Under the pieces are notes generated by a model, which did no database searches, was not told where the DNA came from, and saw only the letters and a list, made by a program, of their open reading frames with translations. The translations under genes and the position numbers were made by a program. A stretch of 64,000 nucleotides of DNA from an uncultured Desulfobacterales bacterium (GTDB taxonomy: Bacteria; Desulfobacterota; Desulfobacteria; Desulfobacterales; C00003060), in assembly GCA_964430705.1 (NCBI GenBank), contig CAYSGJ010000217.1, forward strand, positions 218-64,217, given 5' to 3'. Numbering within the stretch: the first letter of the stretch is position 1; every line of letters starts with the position of its first letter. Positions 55,677 through 64,000 of this stretch are shown piece after piece.

Positions 55677-56948
55677 TTAAGCAAAGAGCCCCGCGATGCA
55701 CCCCGTCATCAGACAGGCCAGTGTGGCCGCGTACAGGGCTGGTAAACCCACCTGCGCCAGGTCTTTTGCCCGTTCCTTTGCCAGCGCTGCAAAACCGCCC
55801 ACGAAAATAGCCAATGAAGCCACGTGTGCAAATCCGCACAGCGCGTACGACGCAATGGTAATGCTCCGGGTATTGGTCAGAACACCGTCGCGTATCAACC
55901 GGTTCAGATGTTGGTAGGCGACGACTTCCGTCACGATGGTTCGTTCTGCCAGCAGAGTGGCCACAGGTCCTGCGTCTTGAACAGGTATGCCCATGATCAC
56001 CGCTACGGGATAGTAACCATATGTCAGGATTTCTTGAAGAGACAGATCCATGCCAAAAAGATGTGTTCCCACAAAACCCAAGAGTCCGTTGCACATGGAT
56101 AGCAAGCCCAAGAAAGCCAGAAGCAATGCCACGATGCCGACACAAAGTTTCACGCCGTCATTGGCGCCGTTAATAATGGATTCCAACCACGTAGCGGATC
56201 GGCGATCCGGCGCCGTGCGTACGGCGACGCCGAGGGTTTTCGGCGTTTCGGTTTCCGGGACCACCAGCTTTGACATTATAATGGCCGCCGGAGCGCTGAT
56301 GACCGATGCGGAAAGCAGGTGCCCGGCTATGGACGGGAAGTCTTTGTACAAAAACCCCACGTAGAGCGCCAGCACCGTGGAAGCGATGGTCGCCATGCCG
56401 GCGGTAAGCACGGTGCAGAGTTCCGATCGGGTCATGTGTTGAATGTAGGGACGCACCGTTACGGCAGATTCAATTCCCACAAAGATGTTGCTTGAGGCAC
56501 AAAGGGCTTCGGCTCCGCTGATGCGCATCAGGCGGGTGAATATCTTCGAAAATACCGAGATGACGATAGGGATGACTTTCAAAAAATAGAGAAGGCTGAC
56601 AATGGAAGAAAAAAAGACGATGGACGGCAATACCTGAAAGGCCATAATGAATCCCGGCGATGTTTCCCCTTGCGGGCCTGTTTCGCCGGGGGCAAGCGCC
56701 AGGGGCCCGAACACGAAGACCATACCCTCTTTGGCACAAGAAAGAATACCGAGTACCACATCATTCAGCCGGGAAAAGAACAACACGCCGGCTGGAAGCC
56801 TGAAGATGACAAAAGCAAAAATGCACTGAAGCAGTAGGCCCGTAAAGATCAACTTGATGTTGACGTGTTTTTTGTCTCCGGCAACTATCCAGGCCAGAAA
56901 CATAAGTACAAAAAGGCCCGCCAGGCTGATCAGTCGTTCACTCCACAT
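55677..56948 (-). CDS. nupC: NupC/NupG-family concentrative nucleoside transporter
   Basis: About 423-aa polytopic protein with the CNT pattern (IFVGIESAVTVRPY, NEFVAY-like TEVVAYQ). Confidence 0.85.
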   Translation of the reverse strand: MWSERLISLAGLFVLMFLAWIVAGDKKHVNIKLIFTGLLLQCIFAFVIFRLPAGVLFFSRLNDVVLGILSCAKEGMVFVFGPLALAPGETGPQGETSPGFIMAFQVLPSIVFFSSIVSLLYFLKVIPIVISVFSKIFTRLMRISGAEALCASSNIFVGIESAVTVRPYIQHMTRSELCTVLTAGMATIASTVLALYVGFLYKDFPSIAGHLLSASVISAPAAIIMSKLVVPETETPKTLGVAVRTAPDRRSATWLESIINGANDGVKLCVGIVALLLAFLGLLSMCNGLLGFVGTHLFGMDLSLQEILTYGYYPVAVIMGIPVQDAGPVATLLAERTIVTEVVAYQHLNRLIRDGVLTNTRSITIASYALCGFAHVASLAIFVGGFAALAKERAKDLAQVGLPALYAATLACLMTGCIAGLFA

Positions 56949-57831
56949 CGATCCGTCGCTCAACGCGCAATAGGGAAACAATTTCTTGGGCGGCTTTGTC
57001 GGCAAGGCTCCCTTTGGCCTTGGCAAGATCAACCGTGTAACGGCCCAGGGTCTTGTAAATGAGGGCCAACTCCGAGGAATATGCGCCGATAGCTGTCAGG
57101 TGGCTATGCACGGTTTTTACGTCACCGCGTGCGATGGGCCCTGTCAGCGCTTCCGGAATCCCTTTGGCGCCGATGTTTTTCAATGTTCCTTCTATCAGGG
57201 GCAGCAGTGCCTTGAAAGATATCTCCGGGGCTATGCCGGCCTGCCGGTTCAGCGCAAGGGCCACATCCAACAGAGCCACCAGGTAGTTGGAGGCGACAAC
57301 GGCGGCGGCATGGTACAAGGTTTTCTGACCCGACCCGATTTCCAGGCAGATACCGCCAAGATCTTCTACCAACCGCCGCAGTGTAACAAGGGCAGACTTG
57401 TCGCCTTCGACAGCCCAGTAAGAGCCGGGCAGCATTTGCTCTGCTTGTGTCGCGGAGGCGAAACTCTGGAGGGGATGCACAGAGGCCACCATCGCCTGAC
57501 AATCCCTGGCCGCGGACAAGATTTGTGAACCAAGGGCGCCGCTGCAATGCACGACCACCGATCCTTTATCAAACCCGCCGTGTCGTGCTATGTCGGCGCA
57601 TATGGATTGGATAACATCGTCCGGCGTCGTGAGAAAAACGATTTGGGCGTTTTTGCCGATCGTAAAAGGGGAATCGGAAAATTGTTTTGCGCCTACTGTT
57701 GCGGCTACTGTTGCGGCTGTATCAAGGTTTCGGGTGGAAACGCCCGTTATGGTATATCCCGATTTGGAAAGGCGTTTTGCCAAAGCGGTTCCAACCGTTC
57801 CGCATCCGATTATGGCAACAGACGGTTTCAA
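56938..57831 (-). CDS. Rossmann-fold / DUF2520 domain oxidoreductase-like protein
   Basis: N-terminal IIGCGTVGTALAKRL dinucleotide motif, with a C-terminal helical domain as in ProC/ketopantoate-reductase-like DUF2520 proteins. Confidence 0.7.
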   Translation of the reverse strand: MKPSVAIIGCGTVGTALAKRLSKSGYTITGVSTRNLDTAATVAATVGAKQFSDSPFTIGKNAQIVFLTTPDDVIQSICADIARHGGFDKGSVVVHCSGALGSQILSAARDCQAMVASVHPLQSFASATQAEQMLPGSYWAVEGDKSALVTLRRLVEDLGGICLEIGSGQKTLYHAAAVVASNYLVALLDVALALNRQAGIAPEISFKALLPLIEGTLKNIGAKGIPEALTGPIARGDVKTVHSHLTAIGAYSSELALIYKTLGRYTVDLAKAKGSLADKAAQEIVSLLRVERRIDVE

Positions 57832-58499
57832 TGGGGCAGGTAGGGGCTCAAATCTTCAACATATCCCGTCAATACACGGAACCCGGCATCCGTCAAAGCG
57901 GAGACCGCCTTTTCCTGATCGGCCGCCGCCACCCGCATGACCAACTGATACACGCCCGGGTACTGTCTCGCAGGCCAGGTGATCAGACTTCTGATGTTGA
58001 TGTGTTTGTCCTGCAAGGTTTTGGATACGGCGGCCACAACCCCGATGCGATCGTCCACCAGTACGGTGAAACGGAAGCTGTCGGTGTCCATGCCGATGGC
58101 CTGAAGCAAGACCCCCATGACATCGGTTGTCGTGATAATGCCGACGAGCTTGTCTTTGTCGATAACGGGAAGCGCGCTGATTCTGTTTTCCTGCAAAATG
58201 CTGGCCGCCCGTTCTATCGTGGCGTCCGGAGAAATGGTCACGATCCTTTTGCGCATGATCATGTCAACGGTCAGCTGTTTGAGGATGTAGTTCAGCTCGT
58301 GAACGCTTAGGGTTGTTGCCGGTGATGCCCAACTTTGCTTTACATCCCTGTCCGAAACGACACCCAGTAACTGGCCTTTTTCGTCAACTACCAAGAGATG
58401 GGCGATCTTTTTGTCTTCGATGATGGTTTTTGCCTGAATCAATGACGTGTTTGGCGGTATGGTTACGAGCTTTGTATGCATGATTTGACCGACGTGCAT
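57828..58499 (-). CDS. CBS-pair plus ACT domain protein (AcuB-like)
   Basis: Two CBS repeats (HLLVVDEKGQLLGVVSDRD; ALPVIDKDKLVGIITTTD) and a C-terminal ACT-like fold. AAGGAGG precedes ATG 58499. Confidence 0.85.
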   Translation of the reverse strand: MHVGQIMHTKLVTIPPNTSLIQAKTIIEDKKIAHLLVVDEKGQLLGVVSDRDVKQSWASPATTLSVHELNYILKQLTVDMIMRKRIVTISPDATIERAASILQENRISALPVIDKDKLVGIITTTDVMGVLLQAIGMDTDSFRFTVLVDDRIGVVAAVSKTLQDKHINIRSLITWPARQYPGVYQLVMRVAAADQEKAVSALTDAGFRVLTGYVEDLSPYLPH

Positions 58500-58503
58500 G
58501 GGT

Positions 58504-58737
58504 TTACCTCCTTCGTGAATACAAACTAAGCAGTTGGATACCAATCCACGAAAACGTCCCAATTGCAACCGACGAAAAGCCGGTTGCCTGTTTCAATACC
58601 TGTTGGTACGCTTTGCTGTCAAGGAAAAAGGACGGCAACCAAAAGGCTAACGTGCTGAAAAATATAGAAACATTCAAGATTACCGGGGTATCCGGTTTGT
58701 TGGCCACAGCAACCCCGTTGCGATGGCCCTGTTTCAT
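58504..58737 (-). CDS. possible small membrane protein (77 aa)
   Basis: The ORF fills the purN-CBS gap on the same strand and has two hydrophobic segments (VILNVSIFFSTLAFWLPSFF; FSSVAIGTFSWIGIQLLSL). I recognise no family. Confidence 0.35.
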   Translation of the reverse strand: MKQGHRNGVAVANKPDTPVILNVSIFFSTLAFWLPSFFLDSKAYQQVLKQATGFSSVAIGTFSWIGIQLLSLYSRRR

Positions 58738-58746
58738 TCAAACGTG

Positions 58747-59541
58747 TCATGGAAGAATCTCAACGATTTTTCTTTTGATGACGGCACGATTTTTTTGGGG
58801 ATAGGTCCTGACCGTAACCCTGAGACGACGCTGCGCAAAACGCTGAATACATTCAGGGTAAAGGGCCCACTCAAGCGCCAGGCCCTTGCTTCTGACGGTA
58901 TCCAGGGTATCTTGTGGTTCAATGGGAAATGCTTTTTGTCCGATAATGGGGCCTGTGTCTTCTCCATAATCCACAAAGTGAACCGTACAACCCGCTACCT
59001 TGCATCCGTATCGGAAGGTGTCTCCATAGCCGTCCACGCCGGGGAAAGAGGGCAGGAGGGCCGGGTGGATATTCATGATACGAGGATTGGAAGGATCCAC
59101 ATTGACCCGATCAATGAGATATGGTGTCAAAACGCGCATAAAACCTGCCAAAACCAAGAGATCAAAAGGGTGGCGTGCCATTTCAGCCAGCAATTGCGAT
59201 TCGGCGATGGCCCGGGTGCGAAAATATCCGGCAAGGTTGTCTTTGTCCGATACGGTCGGTATGAGTTTTTGACACGTCAGTATGCTTTCCAGATCAAAAT
59301 CCTTCGGCGCCGAATCCTCTGTTCCCCCCATTTTGACTTGTCTGATAAGGGCCCGGTAATCCACCGCAAACGTTGGAATGTTGCGTTGTGTTGCCCGGGC
59401 CAGCCCTCGGGCTTGCGGGTTGTCGGAACCCACAAATACGACGTCCCCGTCTATTTGGCCGGCATCACAGGCTTCCAGGATGGCCTGCAAATTGCTGCCG
59501 CCACCGGAAATCAGGACTCCGATGCGAATCTTGACCGCCAT
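58747..59541 (-). CDS. purN: phosphoribosylglycinamide formyltransferase (with ~50-aa insertion)
   Basis: IGVLISGGGSNLQAI, LAGFMR and NIHPALLPSF motifs. Start at ATG 59541. Confidence 0.88.
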   Translation of the reverse strand: MAVKIRIGVLISGGGSNLQAILEACDAGQIDGDVVFVGSDNPQARGLARATQRNIPTFAVDYRALIRQVKMGGTEDSAPKDFDLESILTCQKLIPTVSDKDNLAGYFRTRAIAESQLLAEMARHPFDLLVLAGFMRVLTPYLIDRVNVDPSNPRIMNIHPALLPSFPGVDGYGDTFRYGCKVAGCTVHFVDYGEDTGPIIGQKAFPIEPQDTLDTVRSKGLALEWALYPECIQRFAQRRLRVTVRTYPQKNRAVIKRKIVEILP

Positions 59542-59790
59542 GAGATCATGATTACCAGGAGGTCCGACAAACGTCAACCGGATACCCAACCCTAGATCCA
59601 CCGGCTGCCGAGTTTGCCGAATGCTCAAGGCGAAAAGGACTCCGTGGCCCTTGTTCCGGGCTCCGACCCGTGGTCAAACCGGTGCGAGGACCGATCAACA
59701 TGCCCGCCGTTTGGCGCAAAGGCCGTTGAAAACAAAGCCCGCCATGATTTTAGCCTTGACTTTGAAAGCATAAAAAAATATTGTTTTTTC

Positions 59791-60444
59791 ATGCAAAGTC
59801 ACCGTCTTGCACGCCTTCTTCGCATCATCGTTGAAATCAGGACCCACCCCCAAAAATCTCCGGAGCGGATTGCCAAAGACCAGGCAATTTCGATCCGGCA
59901 GTTCTACTATGACAGGAACCAGTTGGCCGAGATGGGTTTTGAATTTTCCCGGCGCAAAGGGCGTTTTTACATTCTCGGCGATCCGGTGGTTACGATCGGG
60001 GACCTCCCGCTGAGCGAAGTCCTCGCCCTTGTTTTGGCCACGCGCCATTTGTTTGCCGCCAAAGACTTTTCCGTTGTATGGCGGGCTCTCAACGGATTGT
60101 TGACCATGGTTGATCATATGCCCGATCCACAAAAACGGGCCTTGAAGTCGCTCGTTGAGGATGTGATCATCCGGGATGGTTTTGGGTGCAGTCCGGAAAT
60201 CCTAGAAGACATTTTGCGGGCTATTGCCGAAAAAAGGCGCATTTTGGTTTATTCGAAGCAGAGGCCCCAGGCACCCCCCCTGTCGTTGGATCCCTACGAG
60301 CTGTGTTTCAGAAAGTCCAACCTCCATGTGGATGCTTATGCGGTTGAGAGAAAAAAAAGAATACGCTATGGCATGGCGGATATAGACAAAGTGGTGTTTA
60401 CGATTTTTGACAGACCGGAAAGCATCTCGGAGGAACCGGCGTGA
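59791..60444 (+). CDS. HTH/WYL-domain transcriptional regulator (YafY-like)
   Basis: N-terminal winged HTH (RLARLLRIIVEIRTHPQKSPERIAKDQAISIRQFYYDRNQL). The C-terminal beta-rich WYL-like segment reads ILVYSKQ...LDPYELCFRKSNLHVDAY. Confidence 0.7.
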   Translation: MQSHRLARLLRIIVEIRTHPQKSPERIAKDQAISIRQFYYDRNQLAEMGFEFSRRKGRFYILGDPVVTIGDLPLSEVLALVLATRHLFAAKDFSVVWRALNGLLTMVDHMPDPQKRALKSLVEDVIIRDGFGCSPEILEDILRAIAEKRRILVYSKQRPQAPPLSLDPYELCFRKSNLHVDAYAVERKKRIRYGMADIDKVVFTIFDRPESISEEPA

Positions 60445-60510
60445 AAACCCCGCCAGTCTTCGGTAGTTTCACGAATTGCCGCATAGAAGCGGTATAGAAA
60501 AGGAGGATTC

Positions 60511-61689
60511 ATGAGAGAAGTCGTCATCGTAAGTGCGGCGAGAACCGCTATCGGAGGGTTTCAGGGGAGCCTGTCGGGAATTTCTGCAACTGATCTTGGA
60601 GCCAATTGCATTGCCGAGGTCATGAAACGGGCGGGGATTTCTTCAGACGACGTGGATGAAGTTATTATGGGAAATGTGTTGCCCGGTGGTCTTGGTCAAA
60701 ACCCGGCCAGGCAGGCGTTGTTGAAGGCAGGCCTGGCCCATGACGTGGAAGCGCTTACCGTAAACAAGGTGTGCGGCTCGGGCTTGAAATCCGTCATGCT
60801 GGCAGCTCAGGCCATCATGGCCGATGATGCCGACGTGGTGGTGGCCGGCGGCATGGAAAACATGAATCTGGCCCCTTACTTTTTGGAAAAAGCGAGAACA
60901 GGATACCGTTTGGGAAACGGCCGACTGGTTGACGGCATGGTCCATGACGGCCTGTGGTGTCATGTCAATGATTTTCATATGGGTATGAGCGCCGAGCTTT
61001 GCGCTGAGAAGTACGGGGTTTCCAGAGAAGATCAGGACGCTTTTGCGTTTGCCTCTTACAACAAGGCGCTGAAGGCCCGGAACGAAGGGGCTTTTGATCA
61101 GGAGATATTCCCTGTGGAGATTCCCCAGAGAAAAGGCGAGCCTGTCGTATTCGCCAAGGACGAAGTGGTTCGGGAAACGACCTTGGATGCTTTGGCAAGG
61201 CTGTCGCCGGCCTTTAAAAAGGACGGCACGGTGACCCCCGGAAACGCTTCCAAGATCAGCGACGGCGCAGCCGCGGTGGTTGTCATGGCACGGGAAAAAG
61301 CCGAGGCCATGCGCCTGAAGCCCCTGGCCCGGGTGGGAGCGCAATGCGCTGTGGGCATAGACCCTAAGTACGTGCTGGTTGCCCCCATTTATGGTATACC
61401 CAAGCTTCTGAAAAAGGCCGGGCTTGCGACGGACGACATTGATCTGTTTGAAATCAATGAGGCTTTTTCCGCCAGCAGTGTGGCTGTCGGTAAAACCCTC
61501 GGGCTGGATCCCGGCAAGGTCAACGTTCGAGGTGGGTCCGTGGCCCTGGGGCACCCCATAGGCGCCAGTGGCGCAAGGGTATTGGTTACATTGCTTTATG
61601 CCATGAAGGACAGCGACGCAAAACGGGGCGTGGCGTCTTTGTGCCTGGGTGGGGGAGAGGGGGTGTGTCTCCTTGTGGAAAGGGATTGA
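60511..61689 (+). CDS. acetyl-CoA C-acetyltransferase (thiolase II)
   Basis: VNKVCGSGLK active-site Cys, NEAFS, GHPIGASG and CLGGGEG motifs. Confidence 0.93.
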   Translation: MREVVIVSAARTAIGGFQGSLSGISATDLGANCIAEVMKRAGISSDDVDEVIMGNVLPGGLGQNPARQALLKAGLAHDVEALTVNKVCGSGLKSVMLAAQAIMADDADVVVAGGMENMNLAPYFLEKARTGYRLGNGRLVDGMVHDGLWCHVNDFHMGMSAELCAEKYGVSREDQDAFAFASYNKALKARNEGAFDQEIFPVEIPQRKGEPVVFAKDEVVRETTLDALARLSPAFKKDGTVTPGNASKISDGAAAVVVMAREKAEAMRLKPLARVGAQCAVGIDPKYVLVAPIYGIPKLLKKAGLATDDIDLFEINEAFSASSVAVGKTLGLDPGKVNVRGGSVALGHPIGASGARVLVTLLYAMKDSDAKRGVASLCLGGGEGVCLLVERD

Positions 61690-61839
61690 GGCGTTGGAGG
61701 ACAGGGGCGGCTGCTTTCAATGCCTAAGTCCGTGTCCGTCGTTTTTGAATGCCGACGTCGTGGTAAAAAAAACCCTCAACAGCGAAGGCTGTGAAGCTCG
61801 AAACCTTGCGGATGAGAACGCACCATCATGGAGGCTGTT

Positions 61840-62625
61840 ATGTCCTACAAGACGATCAAATTGGAAATATCCGATGCTATTGCGACGTTGACATTCAACC
61901 GGCCAAAGGTGCTCAATGCCCTTAGCTCGGAATTGATCGGCGAGTTTCAAACCGCCGTCGGGCAGGTTCAGTGCAATGAGGCCGTCAAGGTGCTTATCTT
62001 GACCGGCGAAGGCCGGGCGTTCGTTGCCGGGGCGGATATCAAGGTGCTACAGGCCCTTGATCCCCTGGGCGCGAGGGAATTCGCCCGGACCGGACAGAGC
62101 GCCCTTTTTGCCCTGGAAGCCATGGACATACCTGTTATTGCCTGTGTCAACGGTTTCGCATTGGGCGGCGGCTGTGAGATTGCCATGGCCTGTGACTTCA
62201 TCTATGCTTCCGAGGAGGCAAAGTTGGCGCAACCCGAAATCAACCTGGGGCTTATTCCCGGATTCGGAGGGACACAACGACTGGCCCGGCTGGTAGGAAA
62301 AGCTCGGGCAAAGGAATTGTGTATGACAGGGCGCATTGTCACGGCCCGGGAGGCTTTTGAAATGGGACTGGTCACCAGGGTTTTCCCAGCCGACACCCTT
62401 ATGGAGGAGACACGCAAGGCAGCCGCATCCATAGCAGCAAAAGGGATGGTGTCGCTCAGAGCGCTCAAGCATGTGATCGACAACGGATTTGACGTCGATC
62501 TGAGAAATGCCTGCGCCCTCGAAGCGGATGCTTTTTCCGTGTGTTTTGCCAGTACCGATCAAACGGAAGGAACCACGGCCTTTCTGGAAAAACGTCCTGC
62601 CAGGTTTACGGGAAAGCGCGTGTGA
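61840..62625 (+). CDS. enoyl-CoA hydratase (crotonase family)
   Basis: FVAGADI, GGGCEIAMACD and PEINLGLIPGFGGTQRL. ATG 61840 has a GGAGG RBS; the track start is 61828. Confidence 0.9.
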   Translation: MSYKTIKLEISDAIATLTFNRPKVLNALSSELIGEFQTAVGQVQCNEAVKVLILTGEGRAFVAGADIKVLQALDPLGAREFARTGQSALFALEAMDIPVIACVNGFALGGGCEIAMACDFIYASEEAKLAQPEINLGLIPGFGGTQRLARLVGKARAKELCMTGRIVTAREAFEMGLVTRVFPADTLMEETRKAAASIAAKGMVSLRALKHVIDNGFDVDLRNACALEADAFSVCFASTDQTEGTTAFLEKRPARFTGKRV

Positions 62626-62819
62626 GGCCCCCTGTGCCGACGGCGTGATTGCAGGAGGCAGGCCGGCGGCGCTATCTGCCGTGGTGTTTTCAGTGCGCCT
62701 GGTTCCTATTTCGATCCGGATGGGGCAAAGGACCAAGGCACGAAACTTTTTCTATATAACCAATACTATCAACGTTTTTCATAGGTTTATAGTAAGCGGT
62801 TTTTTCTCAAGGAGGTCCC

Positions 62820-63962
62820 ATGGATTTCGAACTGACGGAAGAGCAACACATGATCCAGGATATGTGTCGGCGGTTTGCACAAAAAGAAATCAAACCCATC
62901 GCGTCCATGCTTGATGAAACAAAGTCTCATCCTGCCGAGCTGTGTGCCGAGATGGGAGCGTTGGGCCTCATGGGGATTGCTATTCCCGAACAATACGGCG
63001 GCGCCGGCATGGACTATATTTGCTACATGGTTTCCATGATAGAGATCTCCAAGGCCTGCGCTTCTACGGGTGTGATCATGTCCGTGAACAACTCGTTATA
63101 CTGTTTTCCCGTCAATACTTTTGGAACCCACGAGCAGAAAACCGCATTTTTGACTCCGGTGGCCAGTGGTAAAGCTATTGGGTGCTATGCCCTTACGGAG
63201 GCAGGCGCCGGCTCAGATCCCGCAGGTATGAGCACGACGGCCCGACTGGACGGCGACAGCTGGGTGATCAATGGCGAGAAAAAGTTTATAACCAGCGGCA
63301 ATGTGGCGGACTATTGCGTGCTGGCAGCCGTCACGGACAGGGACAAAGGGCATAGAGGAATCAGCTCTTTTATTGTGGACCTGAAAAACACGCCGGGTTT
63401 TTCCGTAGGGCGCGTGGAAGAGAAGATGGGTATTAATGCTTCCGGCACGGCGGAGATGGTATTTGCCGATGCTTGCATTCCCAAAGAGAACCTGCTCGGA
63501 GAACAGGGCGCCGGCCTGCGGCAGATGCTGACCACTCTGGATGCGGGCCGCCTGGGAATTGGGGCCCAAGCCGTGGGTATCGGCCGTGCCGTGTTGGAAG
63601 AGGCGCTGGATTACGCCAAAACGCGGGAACAGTTTGGCCGGCCGATCGCGAAATTCCAGGCTATTCAGTGGAAGCTCGCGGATATGGCCACCCAGCTGGA
63701 CGCAGCGGAGCTTCTGCTCCTGAGAGCGGCTCGGCTCCAGGATCAGGGCCGACCCTTTGAAAAAGAATCTGCGATGGCCAAAATGTATGCCTCAGATGTT
63801 GCTATGCGGGCCGCCGTGGAAGGCGTGCAGATCTTGGGTGGATACGGTTACAGCAAGGAATTTCCCATGGAACGGCACATGCGCGATGCCAAGATCTGTC
63901 AAATCTATGAAGGCACCAATGAAATTATGCGCCTGGTGATTGCACGCAACCTCCTCAAGTAG
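62820..63962 (+). CDS. acyl-CoA dehydrogenase (butyryl-CoA dehydrogenase type)
   Basis: 380-aa ACAD pattern (GCYALTEAGAGSD, QFGRPIAKFQAIQ, YEGTNEI). Confidence 0.92.
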   Translation: MDFELTEEQHMIQDMCRRFAQKEIKPIASMLDETKSHPAELCAEMGALGLMGIAIPEQYGGAGMDYICYMVSMIEISKACASTGVIMSVNNSLYCFPVNTFGTHEQKTAFLTPVASGKAIGCYALTEAGAGSDPAGMSTTARLDGDSWVINGEKKFITSGNVADYCVLAAVTDRDKGHRGISSFIVDLKNTPGFSVGRVEEKMGINASGTAEMVFADACIPKENLLGEQGAGLRQMLTTLDAGRLGIGAQAVGIGRAVLEEALDYAKTREQFGRPIAKFQAIQWKLADMATQLDAAELLLLRAARLQDQGRPFEKESAMAKMYASDVAMRAAVEGVQILGGYGYSKEFPMERHMRDAKICQIYEGTNEIMRLVIARNLLK

Positions 63963-64000
63963 GCGGCAACACAGGGAAAGGAATGCATTGCGGGTGATGC

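Noticed and set aside
55618-56145. N-terminal 176-aa extension of the asnA ORF. Analogous extensions occur at 28989-29423, 29074-29337, 2731-2862, 32841-33089, 37580-37690 and 52177-52398.
   Set aside because: These extensions overlap neighbouring genes or promoter regions. They lack homology-like sequence and precede internal ATGs that have good RBSs and canonical N-termini.

Overview
The window looks like chromosomal DNA from an anaerobic Desulfobacterota-type (deltaproteobacterial) genome of moderate GC content. That assignment is inferred from gene content: many radical SAM enzymes, sigma-54/FHA/HDOD/PilZ signalling proteins, the methylmalonyl-CoA pathway and butyrate beta-oxidation genes. 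The left 3 kb is the end of an integrated element: a partial HTH gene, a hypothetical gene, and a tyrosine integrase abutting an orphan tRNA/tmRNA 3' fragment. The rest is mostly housekeeping. It includes copA, a universal stress protein gene, xthA, mltF, degP, the rpmH-rnpA-yidD-yidC-jag-mnmE cluster, hisD, ilvE, larB, gmhB and rlpA. It also includes split methylmalonyl-CoA mutase with a carboxyltransferase and biotin carrier, a CoA-disulfide reductase, asnS-asnA, nupC, purN, and a thiolase/crotonase/acyl-CoA dehydrogenase set. I found no rRNA, no complete tRNA and no CRISPR array. The items most worth a second look are these. (1) An RRE-containing radical SAM/SPASM enzyme with a 20-codon Cys-rich micro-ORF just upstream. 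(2) An FHA-type sigma-54 activator followed by two matching 19-bp palindromes and two near-consensus sigma-54 promoters, which may drive a short transcript ahead of an HDOD gene. (3) A strong promoter followed by two intrinsic-terminator hairpins in a divergent intergenic region. (4) A small zinc-ribbon ORF interrupted by an in-frame TGA. (5) An Smr-RsmG fusion. (6) An orphan RelE-like toxin with a zinc-ribbon insert. All functional calls rest on motif recognition by eye; no database search was run.
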